A stretch of DNA of 56,943 nt, filler included, from Acidimicrobiia bacterium (GTDB lineage: Bacteria; Actinomycetota; Acidimicrobiia; Spongiisociales; JAHEDJ01): the NCBI GenBank assembly GCA_029210695.1. It is 2 parts of 2 records of this genome, joined end to end, with 100 filler letters (N's around TTAATTAATTAA, not from the genome) between each part and the next. Parts side by side here need not be neighbours in the genome. Positions count along the whole stretch, not along the records: positions 1 to 28,742 come from JARGFH010000048.1; 1 more part is not named here. One strand, written 5' to 3'. Both the position numbers and the translations under genes were made by a program. Of this stretch, positions 10,100 through 21,241 are shown in pieces; the first letter of the stretch is position 1, and the number at the start of each line of letters is the position of its first letter. A model generated the notes under the pieces. The model was not told where the DNA came from and did no database searches. It saw only the letters and a program-made list of their open reading frames with translations.

Positions 10100-11071
10100 T
10101 TACCGTCTCGCCAAGGCGGCGAGCACCCTTCCCAGTCGTATCGGATCGTGCTGCGGCCACCCTGCGTCACTGTCGAGCACATTCTCGCTGACGAGATCCC
10201 AGCCAAGGGCAAGTGCTTCATCTTCGTTGATTTCGACCGCCTGCAGATCAACCGGAGCTTCAACCGCTCCCCGGTGCGCCACGATTGTACCGGCCCGCCG
10301 CAGACCCGACCGCTCGTGGAGGGCCAGCACATGTTGGGCGCCCGTCATATTCAGCGTTTCACCGTCCTGGGTCACGATGTTGAGAACGTATGCGATCGGG
10401 GCGGATGACCGGTCGACCGCCTCGATCAGACCTGGAACGATCAGCGTGGACAACAGCGACGTAAACAACGACCCGGGGGCCAGAACGATCTGGTCGGCGC
10501 CGCCGATCCGTTCCAGAGCCTGGCGGTTCGCCTCAACGTGCCCCGGTATCAGTTCAAGATCCCGGATCTGGCCTCGTGACTGAGCGATCGCCACCTGCCC
10601 CTCGACCGTTTGCCCATCGACCGTGGCCCGCAAGCGCAGGTACTCGTCGGCGGCCGGGATTACGTCACCCTGCGCCTCGAGGGCCGAGCGCGCCACCATC
10701 AGGGCGGTGTTGAAGTCCCCGAACACGTCAGTGAGGGCGGCCAGCATCAGATTGCCGAGTGAATGCCCCGCCACATCACCGCGGTCGAACCTATAGGCAA
10801 ACAACTCCCCCCACAGGGTCGGCTGCGGGGTGAGCGCCAGCAGGCATCTGCGAAGGTCACCAGGCGGCGGAAGATCTAGCGCCTCAGTAAGGCGACCCGA
10901 GGACCCCCCATCATCTGCCACGGTAACCACTGCGGTGATTTGCCCGGCGTAGGTCTGGATGGCGTGGAGGGCCTGGGCCAAGCCGTGGCCACCCCCGATG
11001 GCGACCACCTTCGGCCCGTCGGGGGCGAGGCCGAGGATCTGCTGTTCGACTGCTGGTTCTGCCCGGTTCAT
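10100..11071 (-). CDS. yvcK: YvcK/GlmR (CofD-like) UDP-GlcNAc-binding protein
   Basis: GGGHGL, TVADDGGSSGRL, PPGDLR, GHSLGNL, PGSLFTS; ATGA overlap with rapZ. Confidence 0.93.
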   Translation of the reverse strand: MNRAEPAVEQQILGLAPDGPKVVAIGGGHGLAQALHAIQTYAGQITAVVTVADDGGSSGRLTEALDLPPPGDLRRCLLALTPQPTLWGELFAYRFDRGDVAGHSLGNLMLAALTDVFGDFNTALMVARSALEAQGDVIPAADEYLRLRATVDGQTVEGQVAIAQSRGQIRDLELIPGHVEANRQALERIGGADQIVLAPGSLFTSLLSTLIVPGLIEAVDRSSAPIAYVLNIVTQDGETLNMTGAQHVLALHERSGLRRAGTIVAHRGAVEAPVDLQAVEINEDEALALGWDLVSENVLDSDAGWPQHDPIRLGRVLAALARR

Positions 11072-11931
11072 TTCTCGATGTCCCGATGAACCACGTTGAC
11101 CTCGACTCCGCTGGCCGCGAACCATTCACCGAGCGCTTCGGCGATGGCGACCGAGCGGTGGTGACCGCCCGTACAGCCGACTCCGATGCTCAGATAAGAC
11201 TTGCCCTCAGCCATGAACCGAGGAACGAGGAACTCCAGCAGGTCCGTCGTCTTGGTCATGAACGCAATCGTGTCGTCGTTGCCCAAGACGTAGTCACGCA
11301 CGGCTTCATCCCGGCCGGTTTTGGGGCGGAGTTCGGGCACCCAATGCGGGTTGGGGAGAAACCGGACGTCGAACATGAGGTCGACGTCGCGCGGCGGGCC
11401 GTGTTTGAACCCGAACGAGCGCACGGTCACCAGCATCGGGCGCTCGCGGTGGCCTGCTCGGAACTCCTCTTCGATCCTCTGCCGGAGTTCGTGCACGTTG
11501 TAGTCGCTGGTATCGATGACGAAATCGGCATTGGCCCGAATCTCGCCCAGCAATCGGCGCTCCTCTGCGATCGACTCGTCCAATGTTCCTTCGCGCAAAG
11601 GGTGAGGTCGGCGGTTCTCGTCGTAGCGTTTGAGGAGCACCTCGTCGGATGCGTCGAGGAACAGAACCGAGGCGCGCATCTGCTGACCGAGCAAGTCTCG
11701 TAGCGGACGCCGCAGTTCGCTGCTGAGCACGCCGCCGCGCACGTCGACGACGACCGCCAGACTCCGGTCGGTGCCCTCGACATCGCTCTGGCGCACAACT
11801 TCGGCAATGAGATCCGGCGGCAAGTTGTCGATCACGAAGTAGCCGAGGTCTTCGAGCACCTTGGCGACGGTCGAGCGGCCGGCCCCCGACATGCCCGTCA
11901 CAATCAGGACGTCTGGTTTGTTCTGCACCAT
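11068..11931 (-). CDS. rapZ: RapZ/YvcJ P-loop nucleotide-binding protein
   Basis: TGMSGAGRS, IDNLPP, SFGFKHG, DVRFLPNPHW, GCTGGHHRSV. Confidence 0.95.
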   Translation of the reverse strand: MVQNKPDVLIVTGMSGAGRSTVAKVLEDLGYFVIDNLPPDLIAEVVRQSDVEGTDRSLAVVVDVRGGVLSSELRRPLRDLLGQQMRASVLFLDASDEVLLKRYDENRRPHPLREGTLDESIAEERRLLGEIRANADFVIDTSDYNVHELRQRIEEEFRAGHRERPMLVTVRSFGFKHGPPRDVDLMFDVRFLPNPHWVPELRPKTGRDEAVRDYVLGNDDTIAFMTKTTDLLEFLVPRFMAEGKSYLSIGVGCTGGHHRSVAIAEALGEWFAASGVEVNVVHRDIEK

Positions 11932-11984
11932 CGGCTTTCCCTCGCGGCACGACCAGTTTCGCAGATTCCGATCGGAGACCCTAT

Positions 11985-13814
11985 CTATCGGCCCGGAGCA
12001 TGCAGGGCCTCGTGCAAATCTCCTGCAACGGCGGCCGGCACCACCTCGGCGAGTTGTGCTTGGGAAGCCGCCCGCATCTTCTTCAGCGATCCGAAATGGC
12101 GAAGCAGGAGCTTCTTGCGGGTGGGGCCGACTCCCGGCACGTCATCGAGGATCGAGTCGATCATTCGCTTGCCGCGCAGATTCCGGTGGTATTCGATGGC
12201 GAACCGGTGTGCTTCGTCTCTGACCCGCTGCAGCAGATGCAAAGCCGCTTCGTCGCGCGGAATCCGCACCGGCTCACTCTTGCCGGGTAAGTAGACCTCT
12301 TCCATTCGTTTGGCGAGCCCTGCCACCGGGATTTCCAGGTCGAGTTCATCGAGCACTTTGACTGCCCGACCGAGCTGGCCGAGGCCTCCGTCGATGAGCA
12401 GAAGCGAGGGGGGATATGAGAACTTCCCGCGCTCGTCGACCGGCAGCTCGCGCTCCTTCAGGTAGGCCTTGAAGCGCCGCCGGAGTACCTCTTCCATCGC
12501 GGCGAAGTCGTCCTGACCTTGAACCGTCCGCACTTTGAAGCGCCGGTAGTCGCTCCGCCTGGGCAAGCCGTCCTCGAGGACGACCATCGACCCGACCGTG
12601 TCGCGGCCCTGGAGCGTTGAGATGTCGAACGCCTCGATGCGGAGCGGCGAGATCGGTAGGTCGAGCTTGTCCTGCAGTGAGCGCAGCGCCCGGGCTCGGG
12701 CGTTGGGGTCGGACTGACGCCGAAGTCGGTGACGGGCGAAGTCCCGTCGGGCGTTCATGGTGGCCGTCTCCATGAGCCGGCGCTTGGATCCACGCTGTGG
12801 CACTTTGACCTCGACGGCGGCGCCGCGCAGCCCGGTCAGCCATTCTCGCCACACCTCGAGGTCGGGAGGTTCGACCTGCACGAGGACCAACGGCGGAGGG
12901 GTCTCCTGCCCGTAGAGTTCCTGGAGCATGGAGGCCGTCACTCCCCCGGCGTCCATGTCATCTGCTTTGTCCATGATCGTGCCGAGCCGGCCGACCAGGC
13001 GGCCGCGCCGCACGATCAGTACCTGCACGGCGGCCTCGAACTCGGAGTCCTCGAGCGCAACGAGGTCGAAGTCCTCCGGCCGGTCGCTCACCACCTCCTG
13101 GCGTTCCATGGCCTTGCGAACGTCGAACAGCCGGTCTCGCAGCCGTCCGGCTTGTTCATACTCCTGTGCTGACGAGGCTTCGAGCATCCGTCCTTCGAGG
13201 TCGGCGACGATTACGTCGGTATCGCCTGCGAAGAAAGCAGAGAGCCCATCCACCATGCCGGCGTAGTCCTCCTTGGTGACCAGGCCGACACACGGAGCGG
13301 AGCACTTCTCGATGTCGTAGAGGAGGCAGGGGCGGCCTTTGTTCTGATGGGTGCGGAATTTGCCGTCGTTGCAGGTCCGCACCGGGAAGGCTTTGAGGAG
13401 CAGGTCAAGAGTCGATCGCACCGCATAGGCGTGGGCAAACGGCCCGAAGTAGCGGGTGCCCTTGCGTCGTTTCCCGCGCATGACGATCGGCCGGGGCCAT
13501 TCCTCGGACACCGAGATCGCCAGGTAGGGGTAGCTCTTGTCGTCGCGGAGGCGGTAGTTGAAGCGCGGCCGGTGCCGTTGGATCAGCGAGTACTCGAGCA
13601 TGAGCGCTTCGACTTCGTTGGCGGTGACGATCCATTCGACGGTGTCGGCGGCGTCGACCATCGACGTGCCGAGATGGCTGCCGGTTGAGAAGTGTCCGAC
13701 GATTCGCTTGCGCAGCGATTTTGCCTTGCCGGCGTAAATCACCTGTCCGTGCTGGTCGCGGAACAGGTAGGCGCCGGGGTCGTCCGGGATCTCGGAAGGG
13801 TTTGGTCGTCGCAT
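11985..13814 (-). CDS. uvrC: Excinuclease ABC subunit C
   Basis: GIY-YIG-like PGAYLF..IYAGKAKSLRKR, DDKSYPY, IEAFDIS, IDGGLGQ, RDEAHRFA, C-terminal HhH. Confidence 0.97.
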   Translation of the reverse strand: MRRPNPSEIPDDPGAYLFRDQHGQVIYAGKAKSLRKRIVGHFSTGSHLGTSMVDAADTVEWIVTANEVEALMLEYSLIQRHRPRFNYRLRDDKSYPYLAISVSEEWPRPIVMRGKRRKGTRYFGPFAHAYAVRSTLDLLLKAFPVRTCNDGKFRTHQNKGRPCLLYDIEKCSAPCVGLVTKEDYAGMVDGLSAFFAGDTDVIVADLEGRMLEASSAQEYEQAGRLRDRLFDVRKAMERQEVVSDRPEDFDLVALEDSEFEAAVQVLIVRRGRLVGRLGTIMDKADDMDAGGVTASMLQELYGQETPPPLVLVQVEPPDLEVWREWLTGLRGAAVEVKVPQRGSKRRLMETATMNARRDFARHRLRRQSDPNARARALRSLQDKLDLPISPLRIEAFDISTLQGRDTVGSMVVLEDGLPRRSDYRRFKVRTVQGQDDFAAMEEVLRRRFKAYLKERELPVDERGKFSYPPSLLLIDGGLGQLGRAVKVLDELDLEIPVAGLAKRMEEVYLPGKSEPVRIPRDEAALHLLQRVRDEAHRFAIEYHRNLRGKRMIDSILDDVPGVGPTRKKLLLRHFGSLKKMRAASQAQLAEVVPAAVAGDLHEALHAPGR

Positions 13815-13842
13815 CGACGTCGAGTGTACGGCGATGGCGAAT

Positions 13843-14544
13843 TCAGGCTCGCCGCCACCGAACTCCCAGCAGACGTGGTAGACCCTGTTGGAGCGCCAGC
13901 AGCGGATCACCCTCGACCATCTCGTCGGGCAGGCCGCGCTCGATGAGCGTCTCGAGCTCCCACCCGGACCCGGCCGCGGTGGTCAGTAGGTCGGCGATCG
14001 TGCGGTGGTGGAACGTTACGGTGCCGTCACCGGCCGGTTCTTCGGAGGAACCAGGCTCCAGATACTCACCCCAACGCCAGAACACCTCACCGTCGACTGG
14101 ATCGACCACCGGCGCCGACCCCGGAGCAGTGACCTGTGGATGGTTGACGACCAGGGTGAAGGCACCCCCGGAGCGGGTTACTCGCCCGGCTTCGGCGAAC
14201 AGCGTGACGATGTCGGCCAGGTGTTCGAGCACCAGCACCGCCGTCACGCCGTCGACGGCGTCGTTCCTGCACCACGAGAGATCGGGCAACGCGGCGACAA
14301 CTACCGGACCATGTTCGAGGGCCGTCGCGGCGAGGTTGGGGTTTATCTCCACACCGATCCCAGTGCAATCTCGGCGCCCGAGTTCTTCGAGCACCCACCC
14401 GGTCCCGGTGCCGAGGTCGAGCACCACCTCGCCCTGTTGAGCATCGAGGAGCTCGAGAAACAGCGGCCGCACCTCAACGTGGTAAGACGGATCTTCTGCG
14501 AGTTCCCGATACCACCATGCATCGAGGTCGGACCAGTCGCACAT
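13843..14544 (-). CDS. Class I SAM-dependent methyltransferase
   Basis: VLDLGTGTG, LVLEHLAD, VVNHP; start codon uncertain. Confidence 0.85.
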   Translation of the reverse strand: MCDWSDLDAWWYRELAEDPSYHVEVRPLFLELLDAQQGEVVLDLGTGTGWVLEELGRRDCTGIGVEINPNLAATALEHGPVVVAALPDLSWCRNDAVDGVTAVLVLEHLADIVTLFAEAGRVTRSGGAFTLVVNHPQVTAPGSAPVVDPVDGEVFWRWGEYLEPGSSEEPAGDGTVTFHHRTIADLLTTAAGSGWELETLIERGLPDEMVEGDPLLALQQGLPRLLGVRWRRA

Positions 14545-14667
14545 TCGGGCCACGCTACCAGTCCAACACCCGGCACTTGTACCGTGCCGTACCCACGATT
14601 GGTCCGCTGGCAGCGGCAACCACCATTCGGCGGCGAGTAGGGAGACTGGGCGCAGCATCCCCGCCAC

Positions 14668-16410
14668 CTACCGCACGGCATAAACGCGGCTACGGCCGGT
14701 ATCGATCACCTTCTCGAGCCATCGCGGCGGGTCGTCGTCGAGGAGCGCGGCAAGGAGTCCGTCTTCGTTGTCGGCGCTCCAAATGTCGGAAAGGGGCGAG
14801 TTGTCACAAACGACCACGTACGAAACACCGAGGTAATCGGCCTGACGTCGATCTGATCCCGAATCGGCGATGAACAGCTCGTACACCGCCAGCACGCCTT
14901 CGTATGCCCGGTGGTATGGAGAGGCAAGGACCCGGTGGTCGGTGTGGACAAGGATGGCAGGCCCGATGTCCATTTCCGCTGCTATCAAACCCGGTCCGAG
15001 TTCGTCGAGGAGCTCAAGCAGGGTGCCAGTAACGCAGGGCTCCATCGCGGCAGCGTCCGAACGTGAACCGAGGCTCGATTGGATGAATCCGAAGGGAAAA
15101 CCGGATAGCACCAACACGGCAGCAACTGCAACCAGGGCCCTGCCAGGCTCCCATTTTGCTGCGTCCCGAATCCTCACGACCACGACGCCAAGAACCGGTG
15201 CCGCCAATGCCATGGCCACCGGCATAGTCCGCACTTGCCACAACCCGAGCGCCATCGCCATGAGGAGCGCCGCCGAAAGCGGAACCCACTCGGGTTTTCG
15301 ATTGAGCAGAGTCATCCGTGCCAGGAACCCGAAGGCTACGACGGGACCGAGAGCGTATCCGAGAGCATCGAGTGGACCTCTGGCTGCAATGCTTAGAAGT
15401 CCCCGTGTCTCGCTAATCAGATCGATCCAAATACGGTGGACTACCTCAGGAACCGATCCGTACGGTCCGGCGTGACACTCTGGGCTGACGATTCCGAACC
15501 ACGCAAACCCGACCAGCGCCATCACCCCCAACGCCACCCATCGACGGCTCTGAGACCATGTCCGGCCGCCGACTGCCGCCAGCGCCAGCGCAGGCAGCGC
15601 TATCAGCCCGAAGAACCCGAGACTCAACACGTCGCATTCGAGCGATTGCAGCCGTCCAGCAGGGCCGAATAGCAGACTCGAAGCTACCCCTGATGACACC
15701 AAGCCCATGCCCAACGATTGGTACCAGGCCTTCGGGCGATCCGAACCCCACGCCCACACTATGCCGACGCCGGCGAGAGCTGCAGCGAGCACGGGGAAGG
15801 TCTCGAGGCCTACCGTCAGTGACACGCCTGCGGCCGCGCCCGCTCCCAGACCGGACCGCCATGACGGCGGGCCTTGAACCATCCTCAGGGTAAGCAGCAC
15901 TAGCACAATCTGGAGACCGTGGTGATCAAGCCCACCCGGGCCCAAGCGATTGAGTACGCTCGCACCGAGGCCGAAGGCAATCATCGCGTAAAGACCGACG
16001 TCTTGGCGCGGCCACAGAAGTCGGGCCAGGGAAGAGATGAGCAAGAGCGCCACGAGCAGGAGCGCGAGCGGCACAATTATCATGGATGCGAGTTCAGCCG
16101 CCTCGACTCCGATGACCGGCCTCAGGATTGTTATGGGACCCGCGAGTAGTCCATCCATGTGACGACTCCAGTGCATCTCGACGCCGGCCAACCCGATTCG
16201 GTCGAGAGTCAGATCCCACCACGATTGTCCAGCGAGCAGCTCGCGAACCTGTACCAGTCGGGTGGCGTCGTCAGTGTCGCGAAGTATCCGGTCCACCAGG
16301 TCGGGCCAGAACCTGATCGTCGAAACCAGCGCCAGCGTCGACCAGACCACCACTACTTCGGCCGCTACCTGACGTCGTGACGAAGCGGTCGGGGGGATGG
16401 CAGAGCTCAT
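14668..16410 (-). CDS. Polytopic membrane protein, putative GT-C fold (STT3-like) glycosyltransferase
   Basis: About 13 hydrophobic segments; loop motifs DTDDATRL, MHWSR, LDHH; C-terminal soluble domain with EMDIGP..ASPYHR; downstream of a GT2 gene. Confidence 0.6.
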   Translation of the reverse strand: MSSAIPPTASSRRQVAAEVVVVWSTLALVSTIRFWPDLVDRILRDTDDATRLVQVRELLAGQSWWDLTLDRIGLAGVEMHWSRHMDGLLAGPITILRPVIGVEAAELASMIIVPLALLLVALLLISSLARLLWPRQDVGLYAMIAFGLGASVLNRLGPGGLDHHGLQIVLVLLTLRMVQGPPSWRSGLGAGAAAGVSLTVGLETFPVLAAALAGVGIVWAWGSDRPKAWYQSLGMGLVSSGVASSLLFGPAGRLQSLECDVLSLGFFGLIALPALALAAVGGRTWSQSRRWVALGVMALVGFAWFGIVSPECHAGPYGSVPEVVHRIWIDLISETRGLLSIAARGPLDALGYALGPVVAFGFLARMTLLNRKPEWVPLSAALLMAMALGLWQVRTMPVAMALAAPVLGVVVVRIRDAAKWEPGRALVAVAAVLVLSGFPFGFIQSSLGSRSDAAAMEPCVTGTLLELLDELGPGLIAAEMDIGPAILVHTDHRVLASPYHRAYEGVLAVYELFIADSGSDRRQADYLGVSYVVVCDNSPLSDIWSADNEDGLLAALLDDDPPRWLEKVIDTGRSRVYAVR

Positions 16411-16419
16411 TCGACCTTC

Positions 16420-17571
16420 TCAGCTGCGACGACGGGGAATAGCCAGCATGTTGAGCAAGAAGGACATCAGTAGGGTCTGGAAGCCGAGCGCCACCAGGGT
16501 CGTGGCAACCACGACCGGTCGGGTCGTGACCACGGGATCGAGATCGGGGAACCCTGACTGCGCCCATCGCCAGGCAACCACTGTCAGCAAGACGACACCC
16601 GCCGTGAGGAGTGACAAGCCAAGAACGATCCCCCGCTCGAGTGTGAAACGTTCGAACGCGTTCCTGATTGGAGTCGATGGAGGTCCGATCTCTTCGATGA
16701 CGGCAAACATGCGCGCCGCCACCGCAGTCGTCATCATCTGGTAGCCGACGACCACCAGCAGCCCACCCACCATAAGCGTGTGAATGTCGAAACGGACGCC
16801 CCGAATGGTGATCGGCCCGGCGATGACCGACAAGATCAATGCGGCTCCGGTACTGGTGATAACCAGACCCGGGATGAGCATCGTCCAGCGCGGAGATAAC
16901 GTCATCATGAACCGCAGATGCCGCCAACCGTCACTCCACCTCCGCAGATGAGGTGGGCGGGACCTGCCATCGGGTCGGAGGGTGACCGGCACCTCTTCGA
17001 TTCTCATCCCCCGAGCGGCGGCCTTGGCCACGACCTCAGTGGCAAACTCCATCCCCGTGGTATGCGGCGCGATCTCGATGAATGCCTGCTTGGTAAGTCC
17101 TCGTAAACCGCAATGAAAATCTGAGATGTTGGATCGAAACAGCGTGCGGGCGATAGCCGACAGCACTGGATTTCCCAGCCAGCGATGCAGCCACGGCATA
17201 GCCCCGGGTTCAATGGTGCCCCGCAGTCGAGACCCCATCACCATGTCGGCACCGGCGCGCATGAGTTCGATCATCGGATACGCCTCGCGGAAGTCGTAAC
17301 TCTGATCGGCGTCCCCCATGATCAGAAACCGACCCTGGGCCGCCTCGAACCCCCCGGTCAGCGCACTCCCGTAGCCCGACTCTGCGACGGAAACGACGAT
17401 GGAACCCGCTCGACGCGCTATCTCAGCGGATTCGTCGGTGCTGCCGTTGTCGGCCACTATGACCTCTGCGTCCAAACCGTGGGTTTCGATGCACTGGCGG
17501 ATCTCACGAATACACACTTCGAGTGTTTCGGCTTCATTCAGGCATGGCAAAACAAAGGAAACTTCGGGCAT
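16420..17571 (-). CDS. GT2 glycosyltransferase, polyprenol-phosphate sugar synthase-like, with C-terminal TM helices
   Basis: LPCLNEAETL, VADNGSTD, GYGSAL, MGDADQSYD, DFHCGLRG, GMEFATE. Confidence 0.92.
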   Translation of the reverse strand: MPEVSFVLPCLNEAETLEVCIREIRQCIETHGLDAEVIVADNGSTDESAEIARRAGSIVVSVAESGYGSALTGGFEAAQGRFLIMGDADQSYDFREAYPMIELMRAGADMVMGSRLRGTIEPGAMPWLHRWLGNPVLSAIARTLFRSNISDFHCGLRGLTKQAFIEIAPHTTGMEFATEVVAKAAARGMRIEEVPVTLRPDGRSRPPHLRRWSDGWRHLRFMMTLSPRWTMLIPGLVITSTGAALILSVIAGPITIRGVRFDIHTLMVGGLLVVVGYQMMTTAVAARMFAVIEEIGPPSTPIRNAFERFTLERGIVLGLSLLTAGVVLLTVVAWRWAQSGFPDLDPVVTTRPVVVATTLVALGFQTLLMSFLLNMLAIPRRRS

Positions 17572-17685
17572 GCTCCGGTCCTGTGATTGGCCCCGGCAGC
17601 CTAACGCCGATCCACTCGGTTCACGCGACCATCTCCGTTCTACACTGGCAACTCGAGTAGGGTTCACCTCTCACCGATCTTCGAC

Positions 17686-18312
17686 ATGAGGGAAGTCCGA
17701 ATGAGGGTCATGGACGCCATCCACGGGCAGTTCTTGATCGGTCGCAGGGCCCGGGTGCTGAGCGGCCACATCGCCACCCTCCTCCCAAGCCGGGCATCTG
17801 TGCTCGACGTCGGATGTGGAGATGGGGATATCGCTCGCCGGATCATGGAGACGCGACCTGACATCTCCATCCATGGGATCGACGTTCTCGTCCGCCCTGA
17901 GACTGCGATCCCGGTGGACGAATTCGACGGTTCACATTTCCCTTTCGCGGACCACACATTCGATGTAGTGACGTTTGTCGATGTCCTCCACCACACGGAC
18001 GACCCGACCGCGCTCCTCGCTGAAGCTTCACGTGTCGCCCGCAAGTCGGTGGTCATCAAGGATCATTTGGTTCGAGGGGTGCTTGCTCGACCGACCCTCC
18101 GGTTGATGGATATGGTTGGAAACGTGCGCCATGGCGTCGCGCTGCCGTTCAACTACCTGACGTACCCGGAATGGGAGACGGCATTTGCAGCCGCCCGGTT
18201 GGCAATTGTGAGGAGAGAGAACCGTCTGAGCATCTATCCCTGGCCCGCTACCCTCGTCTTCGACCGGAAACTCCATTTCATCGCGGAGCTAACGGTCCCT
18301 CAATCCCGCTAA
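17686..18312 (+). CDS. Class I SAM-dependent methyltransferase
   Basis: VLDVGCGDG, FPFADHTFDVV, DVLHH. Confidence 0.88.
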   Translation: MREVRMRVMDAIHGQFLIGRRARVLSGHIATLLPSRASVLDVGCGDGDIARRIMETRPDISIHGIDVLVRPETAIPVDEFDGSHFPFADHTFDVVTFVDVLHHTDDPTALLAEASRVARKSVVIKDHLVRGVLARPTLRLMDMVGNVRHGVALPFNYLTYPEWETAFAAARLAIVRRENRLSIYPWPATLVFDRKLHFIAELTVPQSR

Positions 18313-18374
18313 CCCGATTTCCCGTGCTCATACCGACGTGAAAGCGACGAGTCGATCGGATCACTGCCGTCAAT

Positions 18375-21209
18375 CTACAACGCAGAACCTCTTGAAAGCA
18401 CTTCACGCAGGAACTTGGCGGTGTAGCTCTCGGATACGTTGATAACATCCTCAGGAGCGCCCTCGGCGACGATCCGTCCGCCCCCGTCGCCACCTTCGGG
18501 GCCGAGGTCGATGATCCAGTCTGCACTCTTGATCACGTCGAGATTGTGTTCGATGACCAGCACCGTGTTGCCGGTGTCGACAATGCGCTGCAGAACACCG
18601 AGCAGCTTGCGGATGTCTTCGAAGTGCAGTCCGGTGGTGGGCTCGTCGAGAATGTAGAAGGTCCGCCCGGTCGAGCGCTTGCCCAGCTCCGAGGCCAACT
18701 TCACTCGCTGCGCTTCGCCGCCCGACAGGGTGGGAGCCGGCTGGCCGAGCTTGACGTAGCCGAGACCGACGTCGTAGATGGTTTGCATCACCCGGGCGAT
18801 CGGCGGCTGGTTCTCAAAGAAATGCATCGCTTCCTCGATCGACATCTCCAGCACATCGGCGATCGAATGGCCCTTGAACAGGACTTCGAGCGTCTCACGG
18901 TTGTAACGACGGCCCTTGCAGATCTCGCACGGAACATACACATCAGGCAGGAAGTGCATCTCGATTTTGATGGTTCCGTCGCCCTTGCATGCTTCGCAGC
19001 GCCCGCCCTTCACATTGAACGAAAAGCGACCGGGTTTGTAACCGCGCATCTTCGAATCGGGCGTCGACGCGAACAACGCCCGGATCTTGTCGAAGACGCC
19101 GGTGTAGGTGGCGGCGTTCGAGCGGGGAGTTCGACCGATGGGCGACTGGTCGATGTTGATGATCTTGTCGATTTCCTCGACGCCGGTGACCCTCCGGTGG
19201 TGGCCGGGAACCTGGCGTGAGCGGTAGACGGCCTTGTGGAGCGCTTTCGAGAGGACATCTTCGACCAGGGTCGACTTGCCGCTTCCCGATACACCGGTGA
19301 TCGCCACGAACATCCCGAGCGGGAACCGAACGTCGAGATCTTTGAGGTTGTTCTCAGTGGCGCCGATGACTTCGATCCAACGGCCGTTCGGTTCCCGGCG
19401 CGTCTGCGGCACCGCAATCGACCTCCGCCCCGATAGGTAGTCACCGGTCAGCGACCCTTTGACCTTGGCGATATCGTCCGGCGTTCCCTCGGCGACGATG
19501 TGACCGCCGTGCTCGCCGGCGCCCGGGCCGATGTCGACCACGTGGTCGGCGACCCGAATGGTCTCCTCGTCGTGCTCGACGACAATCAGCGTATTTCCGA
19601 GATCTCGCAGCCGGAGCAGTGTTTCGATGAGCCGCTGATTGTCCCGCTGGTGTAGACCGATGGAGGGTTCGTCGAGGATGTAGAGCACACCGACCAGGCC
19701 CGAGCCAATTTGAGTCGCCAGACGAATGCGTTGTGCCTCTCCCCCGGCCAGAGTGGCGGCACTGCGGCTGAGAGTCAGGTAGTCGAGTCCCACATCGAGC
19801 AGGAAGTTGAGGCGGGCCCGGACCTCCTTGACCACTCGCTCGGCGATGTGGGCCTGGCGTTCGTCGAGGGTGAGATTGCCCACGAAGTCGGCTGCCCGGC
19901 GCAGCGACATCGCAGACACCTCGAAGATGTTGCGTCCGTTGATGGTGACCGACAGCGTGACCGGGTTGAGGCGGGCGCCTCCACAGGCGTCGCACGGAAC
20001 CTCTCTCATGTATTCCTGGTAGTAGTCGCGGGCCGAGTCTGAATCGGCATCTTCGTGGCGACGCCGCAGGAAGGGAATGACCCCTTCATATGTGGTGTGG
20101 TAGCGACGCTGGCGGTTGAAGCGGTTCGTGTAGGTGACCTCGATGCTCTCGTTGCCCGTGCCGTTGAGGATCATCCCCTGCTGGCGTTCGGTGAGTTTGG
20201 AGAACGGTTTGTTGGGGTCGAATCCTTTGGCTTCGGCGACGCCGGCCAGGAGTCGCTGGTAGTACTTGCCCCGCAGTCCCGACCAGGGCGCCACCACTCC
20301 ATCGATGATCGATTTGTCAACGTCCGGGATGACCAACTCGGGGTCGACCTGGTAGCGGGTACCGATGCCGGAACAGGACTGGCAGGCCCCGTACGGGCTG
20401 TTGAACGAGAAGTTGCGGGGTTGGAGCTCTTCGAACGACAGCCCACAGTGGGCGCATGCCAGGTGCTGGCTGAAGTTGAGCGAGGCACCGCCATCGATGT
20501 CGACTACCGCTACGCCTTCTGCGAGATCGAGAGCGGTTTCCATGGACTCGGTGAGCCTGCGTTCGATGCCGTCTTTGCGTACCAACCGGTCGATGACGAC
20601 TTCGATGGTGTGCTGGAAGTAGCGGTCGAGGCGGATATCGTCGGTGAGGTCGCGGATTTCGCCGTCGATTCGAGCCCGAGAGAAGCCGTCCTTGCTGAGG
20701 TCCTTGAGGAGCGCCTCATACTCGCCTTTTCGTCCGCGCACCACCGGGGCCAGCACCGAGAAGCGGGTGCCTTCTTCGAGGTCGAGAACCTGGTCGACGA
20801 TCTGCTGGGGTGTCTGCCGGGCCACCACCCGGCCGCAGGTCGGGCAATGCGGCGTCCCGATCCGGGCGAACAAAAGGCGCAGGTAGTCGTGGATCTCGGT
20901 GACGGTGCCCACAGTGGACCGGGGATTGCGGCTGGCAGTCTTCTGATCGATCGAGATCGCCGGCGACAGGCCCTCGATAAAATCGACATCTGGCTTGTCC
21001 ATCTGCCCGAGAAACTGCCGGGCATAGGCCGACAAGCTCTCCACGTAACGCCGCTGCCCCTCGGCGTAAATCGTGTCAAACGCCAGCGACGACTTACCCG
21101 ATCCGGAGATGCCGGTGAAGACGATCAGTTCGTCGCGCGGCAGCTCGATATTGAGGTTCTTGAGGTTGTGTTCGCGTGCCCCGCGAACGATCAGGCGGTC
21201 GGTGGACAT
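18375..21209 (-). CDS. uvrA: Excinuclease ABC subunit A
   Basis: GAREHNLKN, two Walker A motifs (GxSGSGKS), zinc-finger CxxC pairs, L(A/S)GGEAQR. Confidence 0.98.
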   Translation of the reverse strand: MSTDRLIVRGAREHNLKNLNIELPRDELIVFTGISGSGKSSLAFDTIYAEGQRRYVESLSAYARQFLGQMDKPDVDFIEGLSPAISIDQKTASRNPRSTVGTVTEIHDYLRLLFARIGTPHCPTCGRVVARQTPQQIVDQVLDLEEGTRFSVLAPVVRGRKGEYEALLKDLSKDGFSRARIDGEIRDLTDDIRLDRYFQHTIEVVIDRLVRKDGIERRLTESMETALDLAEGVAVVDIDGGASLNFSQHLACAHCGLSFEELQPRNFSFNSPYGACQSCSGIGTRYQVDPELVIPDVDKSIIDGVVAPWSGLRGKYYQRLLAGVAEAKGFDPNKPFSKLTERQQGMILNGTGNESIEVTYTNRFNRQRRYHTTYEGVIPFLRRRHEDADSDSARDYYQEYMREVPCDACGGARLNPVTLSVTINGRNIFEVSAMSLRRAADFVGNLTLDERQAHIAERVVKEVRARLNFLLDVGLDYLTLSRSAATLAGGEAQRIRLATQIGSGLVGVLYILDEPSIGLHQRDNQRLIETLLRLRDLGNTLIVVEHDEETIRVADHVVDIGPGAGEHGGHIVAEGTPDDIAKVKGSLTGDYLSGRRSIAVPQTRREPNGRWIEVIGATENNLKDLDVRFPLGMFVAITGVSGSGKSTLVEDVLSKALHKAVYRSRQVPGHHRRVTGVEEIDKIINIDQSPIGRTPRSNAATYTGVFDKIRALFASTPDSKMRGYKPGRFSFNVKGGRCEACKGDGTIKIEMHFLPDVYVPCEICKGRRYNRETLEVLFKGHSIADVLEMSIEEAMHFFENQPPIARVMQTIYDVGLGYVKLGQPAPTLSGGEAQRVKLASELGKRSTGRTFYILDEPTTGLHFEDIRKLLGVLQRIVDTGNTVLVIEHNLDVIKSADWIIDLGPEGGDGGGRIVAEGAPEDVINVSESYTAKFLREVLSRGSAL

Positions 21210-21241
21210 GGATGACAGAGTGTAGCCACTCAGCGGTTTGC

